A stretch of 32,000 nucleotides of DNA from Erysipelotrichaceae bacterium. Lineage in GTDB: Bacteria > Bacillota_I > Bacilli_A > Erysipelotrichales > Erysipelotrichaceae. Of this stretch, positions 1 through 8,330 are shown piece by piece (position 1 is the stretch's first letter; each line of letters opens with the position of its first letter). The translations under genes were made by a program, and so were the position numbers. The notes beneath the pieces are model-generated. The model ran no database searches. It had not been told where the DNA came from and saw nothing but the letters and a program-made list of their open reading frames with translations. Location of the stretch: NCBI GenBank assembly GCA_030604855.1, contig JAUVVC010000001.1:281153-313152 (forward strand), in the 5' to 3' direction.

Positions 1-978
1 CTCAGTCAGCTCAATGCTTGGGTGAGTGAGCAGAATAAATTGGGAGCAAACCTAAAAGTTACTTCCACACAAGATTACAGTGCAACAACCGCAAGTGGTC
101 AGCTCATCAGTCAAACACCTTCAAGTGGCGATATCAATCCAGGAACAACCATTAAAGCTTCTGTATCTAAGGGTGAAGGGGTTGTGGTTAAGAACTTTGT
201 AGGTGGTACAAGTACTTCTCAAGAAGGCTTGAAAGTCAGTACAAGTCAGACCTATCATGCGAGTGTTCCGAGTGGTCAAGTCATCAGTCAAAGTATATCA
301 TCTGGAACTAAAGTAGACACAAATAGCTCAATCAGTTTAGTGGTGTCTTTAGGTAAAGTAAATATAGAGAATAAAACGGGTCAAAGTTTAGACGCATTGA
401 GGTCTTGGATCAATGCAGTTAATGGCCAAGGTGCAAATATCTCATTCAGCTCAAGTTCAGAATATAGCAGCAGTGTTGCAAGTGGTGCGATTATTTCTCA
501 GTCACCATCCAGTGGTTCAGTGAATCCTGGTACTTCTATCAGCGTTGTTGTATCAAAAGGCGCAGGTGTAACCATAAAGAATTTCGTCGGTGGTACAAGC
601 ACATCACAATCTGGATTGAACGTGTCTCTAGCCTACGAGTTTAGTGATTCAGTCGCAAAGGATGTGGTCATGAGCCAATCCCGAGCAGCTGGCACAGTTG
701 TGGATTCAGGCACAAGCATAAGCCTAGTTGTTTCTAAAGGATCTGAACCAACATTTGTAATTCCCGATTTAGCTGGACTCGTTGCTGGTCAATCATCAAG
801 TGTCGATACATCAAAGAGCATCATCAGCAACTATTTGAACAGTGTAGGAGCGACAAATTACTCATTCAATACCGGTGCTTACGGAATCGGTGCGGGAATG
901 GTCAACAGCCAATCTCCAGCAGGGGGTACTTCAATTAAGTACAACACTCCGATCGTTATTAATCTTTCTACAAATTAG
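1..978 (+). CDS. PASTA-repeat protein, C-terminal fragment (5' end lies outside the window)
   Basis: Frame 1 is open from nt 1, with no stop before the GTG at 22. There are at least 5 tandem 60-70 aa modules ending in the PASTA-like signature S-G-x-(V/I)-I-S-Q-S-P-S-S-G-x-x-V-x-x-G-T-S-I-S-(L/V)-V-V-S-K-G. A hairpin terminator follows. Confidence 0.6.
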   Translation, partial: LSQLNAWVSEQNKLGANLKVTSTQDYSATTASGQLISQTPSSGDINPGTTIKASVSKGEGVVVKNFVGGTSTSQEGLKVSTSQTYHASVPSGQVISQSISSGTKVDTNSSISLVVSLGKVNIENKTGQSLDALRSWINAVNGQGANISFSSSSEYSSSVASGAIISQSPSSGSVNPGTSISVVVSKGAGVTIKNFVGGTSTSQSGLNVSLAYEFSDSVAKDVVMSQSRAAGTVVDSGTSISLVVSKGSEPTFVIPDLAGLVAGQSSSVDTSKSIISNYLNSVGATNYSFNTGAYGIGAGMVNSQSPAGGTSIKYNTPIVINLSTN

Positions 979-983
979 TCTAC

Positions 984-1015
984 AACCTAGGTACAATTCC
1001 TAGGTTTTCTTTTTA
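984..1015 (+). terminator. Rho-independent terminator of the PASTA gene
   Basis: Stem AACCTAGG (984-991) / CCTAGGTT (999-1006) with a 7-nt loop, followed by TTCTTTTTAT. Confidence 0.7.
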
Positions 1016-1016
1016 T

Positions 1017-1048
1017 GATAAAAAACACCTTGATTAATCAAGGTGTTG
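1017..1048 (-). terminator. Rho-independent terminator of the glucosaminidase gene
   Basis: Stem AACACCTT (1025-1032) / AAGGTGTT (1041-1048). The minus-strand stop codon lies in the loop and the minus strand continues TTTTTTAT. Confidence 0.65.
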
Positions 1049-3704
1049 TGGTCTGCGTATCATCTGGTGGGGTTATAACCTCTTCGATATTGTTTGTCGT
1101 AATCCTTAAGACATAGCGTCTACGAATGTTCAAGCTTGGTTCAAATGTATATGTCTTGTTTGAAGAAGTAAAGACTTGGGTATTCTTAATCAAAATATCT
1201 CGAACTTCTACCACGTCTTTATACAACTTATTGGATGTGATGATGAAGATGCGATAATCACCATCTATCAAACCATCAATATTGACTTTCTCAGCATAAT
1301 ACCAAGCTCTGCTGTAATTGTATCCACCATTTGAAATATCGTAAATGCCTGTTGAGGTTCTTAATGGGTAGATGTGTTGTTGGCCAGTGGGATCGACAAA
1401 TAATAATTCATGCTTTGGTTCATCTGCTTCAGCCATATTGATATTCTGCATGTATGAAATGCCTGTGATATTGATTAAATCTAATCCAGAACTATCTTCT
1501 TCAATTGATATCGCAGTCATATACGCAGTTGAGTTGAATCGTGTCGGCAATAAAGGTGTTACGCCTGTAATACTCAGACCGATCTCTTTAGACAACTCAT
1601 ATCGCATTCCACGTGTATTATTAAATGAGAATCGATACGTAAAGCTATCCCGATCCACAATCTGTGCTCTTGGTGCATTGACTGTTGAATTTGCAAGTGA
1701 AGCTTTACCACTGGTATCACCGCTTTTTGTTATGATTTCAAAATGGTAGTTTCCTTCAGGAAGCGTTCCGACATCTATTACTCCATCAAACCACGCTGTT
1801 GTGTAACTGAATCCATTGCCTAAGTTCAGCGGATAGTTCTCAGGTGCAATATTCAAAGCAAATGTGTATTTCTGTGTCTCATCTAGCATGTTGACGGCGT
1901 TAAGTTGATGCGTGACTGCACCTAAAGCCATATTGGTGTTTTTGAGCGCGGCCCATCCTTTTACATATAAGTTGTTATTTTGCCAATCCCAATTTGTAAC
2001 ATACGTTAATAATGTATCTTCGCTATTGACCACATAAGGCTTATCGCTCGCTGTATTGACGAGTGTTACTTGATCTTTATGGATATAAGCAGTTGAACCA
2101 GCCATGTTGTATGGGACAAGACCTGCAGTACTTCCTGTAATCGCAACACCATTGACTAAGGGGTTTGTGGATTGAACGTAGTAGACATTACCACTTGTAG
2201 CTTTGATTGTGAATGGATAATTTGTTGCACGCGAATCAATGGAATAAAGAGGAGAAGTAAGATCCGTTTTAGAGTGTACCACACGAGATGCATCTGAGTT
2301 TAAAACCGCAATCTGATATTTATTTAAGTCTTTTAAACCAAGGTAACGATCGATCCTAAACGCATAACCAGCAATCTTGATGCTCCACCATGGATCAGAT
2401 GCGTAACGTGTATTTATCCCAGCCCCTTTTGTGCCAATGTTAGACGCATAAAAAAGGGAACTGTTTGCAGTCGCGTTGTAGTTACTGTAATCAAGATAAT
2501 GACGTAGGTTGATACCCATGTGTTCATTAACGGATTGCTCGACATTGGCAAACGTATAAGCATTATCAGGATTACTATCGTATGCACCATATCCAAAGAG
2601 ATTGAAGCGATTGACGGCGTAACTACTGCGCCCATAAGCACTTTCATGAATGGCCATTGAATAAATCATCAAGGCATTCATGCCATAGGTGTTCTGTGCA
2701 TCAACAAATGCACTCCCTTTATCTTTCATGACACTTGAGTTTGGATCAAGTTTGTTTACTGAGAAGTAATAGTAAAAATACTCATCCAATTCTTGAGCGG
2801 TATATTGTGTTGTTGTTCTAAGGTTTAAGAAGTCATAATAATTAAAATAACGACCAACGACGCCATTTACAGTCACTGGATTTTTAAGGTCCATATCAGT
2901 ATAGAAATTGATGCCATTTGGACTGTAATAGGTCCCAACGGGCAACCAGTCAGGTGCGACTCCATAGGAATAAGTATTGACATACAATGCTGTGTCAACT
3001 TGAACGGAAATCTGCCTAATTGTGACATTTCCTGTTTTTGTCGCGCTTGAAACGTCCGCAACCTTGTATTGCGTTATGTTTGGTCGAATGATGTGACCAG
3101 TGTACGTATTATCCAAAGAATTGCGTGTTGTGAAGCTAATGTACCAGTTATTGGCTCGATTCTCGACATAAATCAAAGGAATGATATCGATTCCGTTGAT
3201 TTGGATGAATCCTCTCGCACCATTCACTTCGATTTCAGCCACAAGATCTGAAGGCTTGACAGCTTCTGAAGAGGACTTGGATTTAATTTGAGTGTTGTAG
3301 TAGTAGAGTGGGTTAGCTTGGTTGATGTAAGTATATGGCACAGTTTGAGCTTTATCACGCCATACATTAATTGTGTCTGATTTCAAGTATGTATGATTCT
3401 GTGAATATGCCATTGCTCGATCTGCTGCGACAATGTTCATTGGACTGTAGGACTCTTCATGGCGAATAACAACATTGGGAGCGGTTGTGGCTTCACTCAA
3501 CATGAAATCATACGCTTGTTGAAACTGATTCTCATTAAAACAACCCAACTTCGTGAACTGATCTTTTCCGGTAATACGGTCGACACTGTATTGATTGACA
3601 GCACAAGCAACAGGGATGTTTGATGCGGCATATGTAATCGTCCAAGCTTCCGCTTGGACCAATACGAGTAAAAGTGTGATTAGAAAGATTATGAATCGTT
3701 TCAT
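1038..3704 (-). CDS. Secreted cell-wall hydrolase with a GH73 N-acetylglucosaminidase (LytD-type) domain and two C-terminal repeated modules
   Basis: Signal peptide MKRFIIFLITLLLVLVQAEA. Central block GMNALMIYSMAIHESAYGRSSYAVNRFNLFGYGAYDSNP matches the glucosaminidase family pattern (ESxxGxS...NLFG). Start overlaps the upstream stop (TAATG). Confidence 0.75.
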   Translation of the reverse strand: MKRFIIFLITLLLVLVQAEAWTITYAASNIPVACAVNQYSVDRITGKDQFTKLGCFNENQFQQAYDFMLSEATTAPNVVIRHEESYSPMNIVAADRAMAYSQNHTYLKSDTINVWRDKAQTVPYTYINQANPLYYYNTQIKSKSSSEAVKPSDLVAEIEVNGARGFIQINGIDIIPLIYVENRANNWYISFTTRNSLDNTYTGHIIRPNITQYKVADVSSATKTGNVTIRQISVQVDTALYVNTYSYGVAPDWLPVGTYYSPNGINFYTDMDLKNPVTVNGVVGRYFNYYDFLNLRTTTQYTAQELDEYFYYYFSVNKLDPNSSVMKDKGSAFVDAQNTYGMNALMIYSMAIHESAYGRSSYAVNRFNLFGYGAYDSNPDNAYTFANVEQSVNEHMGINLRHYLDYSNYNATANSSLFYASNIGTKGAGINTRYASDPWWSIKIAGYAFRIDRYLGLKDLNKYQIAVLNSDASRVVHSKTDLTSPLYSIDSRATNYPFTIKATSGNVYYVQSTNPLVNGVAITGSTAGLVPYNMAGSTAYIHKDQVTLVNTASDKPYVVNSEDTLLTYVTNWDWQNNNLYVKGWAALKNTNMALGAVTHQLNAVNMLDETQKYTFALNIAPENYPLNLGNGFSYTTAWFDGVIDVGTLPEGNYHFEIITKSGDTSGKASLANSTVNAPRAQIVDRDSFTYRFSFNNTRGMRYELSKEIGLSITGVTPLLPTRFNSTAYMTAISIEEDSSGLDLINITGISYMQNINMAEADEPKHELLFVDPTGQQHIYPLRTSTGIYDISNGGYNYSRAWYYAEKVNIDGLIDGDYRIFIITSNKLYKDVVEVRDILIKNTQVFTSSNKTYTFEPSLNIRRRYVLRITTNNIEEVITPPDDTQTTTP

Positions 3705-4654
3705 TAATTACCTGTGAGTGAAAGTGAATAATACTTATCGTCAGAAACTGAGAGATAGATTTGAACTTCTGTGAATGATGATAAGCTTACATCACCTAAG
3801 GCTTCAAAGAAGAGATAGCCTTCGGTTGTGCCACTGATGTATAGATTGCTTAAATTCGTAGCTCCATCAATGAGATAAGAATTATCAACCGCATCGTAGA
3901 GTGTTCCACCATTTTTTATGAGTGCCTTAGTGATTCTAAAGGAATCACTCAGCTTATTCTCGATTTTAATTTTTATTGCGACAATCTGTGATTGTGAGGT
4001 GAAACTTGCTTCAACACGATTGCCATTCGTGTCCAATTGATAGAATTCTGTTGGACTGACCGTTGTCTTATTGAGAACAGTCATATTCGCAGCCATATTG
4101 GGTTCCAAACCCATTTCACTGATCCCTAAGTCGGACTTCATCCCAAGCTTAGTAGGATTACTTAAGTCAAAGGATAAGCTGGAACTTGGATAGAGATTGA
4201 TTTTCACATCCAGTGATGTGGCTTCAGTATTTACGATTGGAATAAACAATAGACCATCCATCTCTGTGGTAGCGGAGTAGAGAGAGAACACCAACTTATA
4301 ATCCCCAAAGGTATACCCAGCTGCTTCAATTCGACCCAGATATTGGTCGACACTGTTGAGTTGGATGTTTTCACTGGTCGTGAAATGGCTGAGTGCGACA
4401 TTAATCGGCTTGTTGCTTTTGACATGAACATCCGCCAAGATGAAATCAAAACCGAATTCCTCAATTTCAAAGAGTGTGAATTCATTTACTGAGAACTCAA
4501 AGGTTTGCTGAACAGTGGGATCATTGATGATTGGATCATCTGGAACGGGATCTTTTACAATCAGATTCCACAAGAAAATCCCAGCTACGATCATAAAGCT
4601 CAGGACGAGTAGCACAAAGAGTGTTTTCAATAGGGTTAGGGCAGTGTTTTTCAT
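3704..4654 (-). CDS. Hypothetical membrane-anchored protein (one N-terminal TM helix, beta-rich ectodomain)
   Basis: Long ORF with a hydrophobic N-terminus (ALTLLKTLFVLLVLSFMIVAGIFLW). Its stop overlaps the glucosaminidase start by 1 nt. No recognisable catalytic motif and a weak SD. Confidence 0.5.
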   Translation of the reverse strand: MKNTALTLLKTLFVLLVLSFMIVAGIFLWNLIVKDPVPDDPIINDPTVQQTFEFSVNEFTLFEIEEFGFDFILADVHVKSNKPINVALSHFTTSENIQLNSVDQYLGRIEAAGYTFGDYKLVFSLYSATTEMDGLLFIPIVNTEATSLDVKINLYPSSSLSFDLSNPTKLGMKSDLGISEMGLEPNMAANMTVLNKTTVSPTEFYQLDTNGNRVEASFTSQSQIVAIKIKIENKLSDSFRITKALIKNGGTLYDAVDNSYLIDGATNLSNLYISGTTEGYLFFEALGDVSLSSFTEVQIYLSVSDDKYYSLSLTGN

Positions 4655-4765
4655 CTTTGTTATTTTAACATAATTGATAACAGATGCCTACTTTTATGGG
4701 CATCATAGTCATTGCTTGGGACAAGGTTTCTAGGATGGTATACAATGGGGTTACGGAGGATTAGC

Positions 4766-5575
4766 ATGCAAACATTTACACTGAATAATGGTTTGAGAAT
4801 ACCTGTGATGGGCACAGGAACCAATACCTATGGGAAGGTCAATCGTGACTACATGGGTGACATCAACAATGACACAACGGAATTGGAATCGGCTTTGGCT
4901 TTAGGATACACCTTGATTGATACCGCAATCTCGTATCGCAATGAGGGTGTTGTAGGTTTGGCCATCAAACGCTCCGGTTTAAATCGAGATACGTTGTTCA
5001 TCACATCCAAGATTCCTGCGGATGATGTGCATACCAAAGATGAGACCTGTATCCGCAATGCTGTGGACGCGAGTCTGAAGGCTTTGGATTTGGACGTGAT
5101 CGATCTCTATCTCTTACATCGCCCTTTGGAGAATAATGAAGATAATGTTCGTGTTTGGACGGTATTGGAAGCTTTGGTTCAAGAAGGGAAGCTACGCTCC
5201 ATTGGTGTATCCAACTTTGATGTGGATCAATTGGACTATTTGTTGAAGCGATGCACCATCAAGCCTGCTGTCAATCAGATTGAATCCCATCCAGGTTTAT
5301 GGAACGATGAAATCATTGATTTCTGTCAGAAAAATAATGTCTTTGTGGAAGCTTGGGGACCGGTCAAGAAGGTCAGTGATGAAGCGAAAGCCGTCTTGGA
5401 TTCCATTGGATCCAAGTATGGAAAAACTTGGGCTCAAGTCATCCTTCGTTATCAAATTGAGCGCAATGTCATCGTCATTCCAAAGTCACACAAAGAAGCG
5501 AATCAAAAAGCCAATCTTGAGATCTTTGATTTTAGTTTAACAGACGAAGAAAAAACGCTCATTCAGAAACTCTAG
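4766..5575 (+). CDS. Aldo/keto reductase (2,5-diketo-D-gluconate reductase-like)
   Basis: AKR tetrad context is present: LIDTAISYRNE (Asp, Tyr), TSKI (Lys), LLHRP (His). Start moved to the ATG at 4766, 5 nt after GGAGGA. The track ORF starts at 4712 with no SD. Confidence 0.85.
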   Translation: MQTFTLNNGLRIPVMGTGTNTYGKVNRDYMGDINNDTTELESALALGYTLIDTAISYRNEGVVGLAIKRSGLNRDTLFITSKIPADDVHTKDETCIRNAVDASLKALDLDVIDLYLLHRPLENNEDNVRVWTVLEALVQEGKLRSIGVSNFDVDQLDYLLKRCTIKPAVNQIESHPGLWNDEIIDFCQKNNVFVEAWGPVKKVSDEAKAVLDSIGSKYGKTWAQVILRYQIERNVIVIPKSHKEANQKANLEIFDFSLTDEEKTLIQKL

Positions 5576-6141
5576 AACAAGCGTTGTTGGATGGATTGAT
5601 CCACCCACTTCAATTCATTTTGTTTGAGCTTACGGAAATCTTCCAAGAGTTGATCACCGTTTTCTAAGTATTTGTTTAATAGATTGGATGGAATCATCAG
5701 TGGAACACGATTATGAAGTTGGATGAAATCTGTTCTCACCTCATTGGTGAGAATGGAGAAACAGCCTTCCTCATCGTAGATGCCCGCCATATAGAAGGGG
5801 TTTTGCGAAGCATCTGTCACAAGGTGTTTCGCTTTTTCTTTATCCCATTCATAGAAGCCATCGGCTTTGATCAAACATCGTCTTTTCTTAAGATGATTCT
5901 CAAAGAAAGGAGATGAGGCGATGGTCTCACTGCGTGCATTGATGATGCGTCCTTTGTTGTCCCATTTCACATGACCCCATTGGGCGATCATGGGTTTCAA
6001 GCCCTGTGTTAAGACAATGGTCTTTTGGGATGGATAAACGACATGCAGCGAAAGATCTTTAGCCTCTTCGACATCTAAGTTCTTAAGCCATTCCTCCAAT
6101 TCATCATCTTCATCTTGTTTGAATAGGTAACGTCCACACAT
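5572..6141 (-). CDS. SOS-response-associated peptidase (SRAP; YedK/HMCES family)
   Basis: Starts MCGRY, the family's obligatory Met-Cys N-terminus, and is preceded by AAGGAG. The internal motif INARSET and overall length fit SRAP. The track ORF extends to 6303 but that part overlaps the upstream gene. Confidence 0.8.
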   Translation of the reverse strand: MCGRYLFKQDEDDELEEWLKNLDVEEAKDLSLHVVYPSQKTIVLTQGLKPMIAQWGHVKWDNKGRIINARSETIASSPFFENHLKKRRCLIKADGFYEWDKEKAKHLVTDASQNPFYMAGIYDEEGCFSILTNEVRTDFIQLHNRVPLMIPSNLLNKYLENGDQLLEDFRKLKQNELKWVDQSIQQRLF

Positions 6142-6142
6142 A

Positions 6143-6379
6143 TCAATACTCCTTTTTCTCAATGAACCAACGGTCCTCTTCATGATAGAGGTAACGACTC
6201 TGACCTTGAATGGTACAGGTATAACGTATGCCTGTACCCCCGGAAATGGTCGAGGCCGCCCGTGTGATCTGCGAGATCTTATCAATGCTGTATTTAATTC
6301 CATTATGCCATAAAATAGCCAGAGGTTTGATTTTACCCTCCTTGCTATTGAGAATGATCACATCTACATAGGTTTTCAC
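6143..6379 (-). CDS. Small conserved-looking hypothetical protein (78 aa) between the Y-family polymerase and SRAP genes
   Basis: GTG start preceded by AAGGGGTGA (6 nt spacing). The polymerase stop TGA lies inside that SD. Its own stop is 1 nt before the SRAP ATG. No domain recognised. Confidence 0.55.
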   Translation of the reverse strand: MKTYVDVIILNSKEGKIKPLAILWHNGIKYSIDKISQITRAASTISGGTGIRYTCTIQGQSRYLYHEEDRWFIEKKEY

Positions 6380-6384
6380 TTATA

Positions 6385-7635
6385 TCACCCCTTGAAATAC
6401 GATTCTGGGAAGATCACATGGTCCTGCTTCGGATTGAAACCACTTAGTAGGGTATCCTGAAGCATCAAGCAGCGTTGAACCGCTTGAAAACCATAACGTT
6501 CCCGAATCTTTTCAATCGTCACTTCCAAATTCATTTTCTTTTGTTTTAAAAACGGATCCTCAAACAGATTGATCTGCTCAAGATTGCGCTCCACGATCAA
6601 GTCACTGGCCTTGATGCCGATGCTTCGCAAGGGGAGTTCAAAGTCCACATGCTTCGCAAACAGATCCAAGGCTGCTTCCGCAATCGTGTCACTGAGTTGC
6701 GTGGCCTCATCCATCTTGATCTGCCGTGTGAAGCCTTTCAGCTCCACATCACGTACTCCAATGGCAATCGTAAACGCCATCAAATGCGCTTCTTTCAAGC
6801 GTGCTGCGACACTCTCTGCCAAGATGTAGGCGATGATGCGTACATCATCTAGGTTCTTGAGATCCTTTGGAGCCGTTGTACTGTTTCCAATCGATTTGAC
6901 CTGCGGTTCATAACCCCGAACCAAAACCGGACTCGTATCCTCACCACTGGCAAAACGCCAAAGATACTCACCCCACTTACCCAAACGTCGCTTTAGAATC
7001 TGAACATCGAAACGCGCACAATCGCCAATCGTTCGTATGCCCAAAGTATATAATTTTTCTTTTGTCGCACGACCCACATACAAGAGATCTGAAACAGGCA
7101 GGGGATACACGATTTGTTCCATGTTTTCCCGCGTGATCACCGTTGTGGCATCGGGCTTCCTATAATCCGATCCCAACTTCGCAAAAACCTTATTGAAACT
7201 CACCCCGATCGATGCGGTGATGCCGACCTCTTCTTTGATGCGTTGGCGAATCGTATCGGCCAATTCTTTCGGTGTCATCTTGAAAAGATGTAAGGTGTGC
7301 GTCACATCCAACCAACACTCATCGATTCCAAAGGATTCAATCTGATCCGTATAATCTTGATAAATTGTCTTAACCAAACGTGAGAAACGCAGATAAAGCG
7401 AGAAATTGGGTTTCACAATCAACAAATCCGGACACTTCTGCAAGGCTTGCCATAAGGCTTCACCTGTCTTGATTTCATATTTCTTGGCCAATTGATTCTT
7501 TGCCAAGATGATGCCATGACGTTTCTCCACATCACCGCCCACAGCCAAAGGGACATTGCGATATTCGGGATGGTGCAGGCATTCGACGGATGCATAAAAG
7601 TTATTCAAATCACAGTGTAGGATGATCCTTTCCAT
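6385..7635 (-). CDS. Y-family DNA polymerase (UmuC/DinB, ImpB/MucB/SamB family)
   Basis: N-terminus ILHCDLNNFYASVECLHHPEYRNVPLAVGG and IDECWLDVT are the palm-domain acidic motifs of Y-family polymerases. SD AAAGGAGG lies upstream. Confidence 0.9.
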   Translation of the reverse strand: MERIILHCDLNNFYASVECLHHPEYRNVPLAVGGDVEKRHGIILAKNQLAKKYEIKTGEALWQALQKCPDLLIVKPNFSLYLRFSRLVKTIYQDYTDQIESFGIDECWLDVTHTLHLFKMTPKELADTIRQRIKEEVGITASIGVSFNKVFAKLGSDYRKPDATTVITRENMEQIVYPLPVSDLLYVGRATKEKLYTLGIRTIGDCARFDVQILKRRLGKWGEYLWRFASGEDTSPVLVRGYEPQVKSIGNSTTAPKDLKNLDDVRIIAYILAESVAARLKEAHLMAFTIAIGVRDVELKGFTRQIKMDEATQLSDTIAEAALDLFAKHVDFELPLRSIGIKASDLIVERNLEQINLFEDPFLKQKKMNLEVTIEKIRERYGFQAVQRCLMLQDTLLSGFNPKQDHVIFPESYFKG

Positions 7636-7660
7636 GGCATGTCCTCCTTTGATTTTAGTT

Positions 7661-7709
7661 TACTTGAAAATAATTCAAGTTACAAGTTCTACTTGAAAAT
7701 AATTCAAGT
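7661..7709. promoter_or_regulatory. Two identical 19-bp palindromic operator candidates (ACTTGAA-AATAA-TTCAAGT)
   Basis: The 20-mer TACTTGAAAATAATTCAAGT occurs at 7661-7680 and again at 7690-7709 (29-bp register) in the divergent intergenic region. Each contains a perfect 7+7 inverted repeat and -35-like TTGAAA/TTGAAT hexamers on both strands. Confidence 0.6.
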
Positions 7710-7733
7710 GCAATGTATAGTAAGGGTATAAAC

Positions 7734-8330
7734 ATGGACTTCAAAGAAAAAATCAAAAAATATCGTAAAGAGCGGGGCTTGTCTCAAGAAGACTTAGCTG
7801 CACAATTTGGTTACAAATCCTTTACGACCATCCAGAAATGGGAAGATGGCAGTTCGACACCGCCGGTTAAAGTGATCCGACAATTGGCGGCGTTTTTTGG
7901 TGTCAGTACAGAAGACTTATTGAATGAGAGTTCACAAATTGCGATTCCGATCTTAGGGACTGTGCGTGGTGGACCTTTACGCTATGCCCAAGAAGAGTGG
8001 TTGGGTCAGGAATTGGTTCCCTTGGATGAGACGGTAGGAGGCGAATACTTCTATCTGGAAGTCATTGGGGATTCTATGATTGGAGCGCGTATCTATCCAG
8101 GTGATCTGGTGTATGTCAAACGCTCGAGTATCGTGAATTCCGGAACGATTGCGGTCGTTTTGGTGAATGATGAAGCGAATTTGAAACGAGTGTTCTTTAA
8201 AGGCTCTACGATGGTTCTGCATTCTGAGAACCCAAAATATGAAGATATGGTGTTCAGTGCTCAGGAGATTGAGGCAAAGGATATTCAGATCATCGGTGAA
8301 GTCTTGCACAGTAAGATAAGGTTCAAGTAA
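7734..8330 (+). CDS. LexA-like self-cleaving repressor: XRE-type HTH + S24 peptidase (HdiR/phage-CI type)
   Basis: N-terminal HTH LSQEDLAAQFGYKSFTTIQKWEDG. C-terminal S24 motifs GDSM (Ser) and ANLKRV (Lys). The ATG at 7734 follows AAGGG; the alternative ATG at 7713 has no SD. Confidence 0.8.
   Translation: MDFKEKIKKYRKERGLSQEDLAAQFGYKSFTTIQKWEDGSSTPPVKVIRQLAAFFGVSTEDLLNESSQIAIPILGTVRGGPLRYAQEEWLGQELVPLDETVGGEYFYLEVIGDSMIGARIYPGDLVYVKRSSIVNSGTIAVVLVNDEANLKRVFFKGSTMVLHSENPKYEDMVFSAQEIEAKDIQIIGEVLHSKIRFK

Noticed and set aside
1372-3251. ORFs of 60-125 aa on the opposite strand or in other frames inside the glucosaminidase gene (1372-1749, 2414-2647, 2873-3061, 3069-3251).
   Set aside because: They are fully embedded in a long, well-supported CDS and have no SD sequences. 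Their composition is odd (Cys/Ser/Ile-rich), typical of shadow ORFs.
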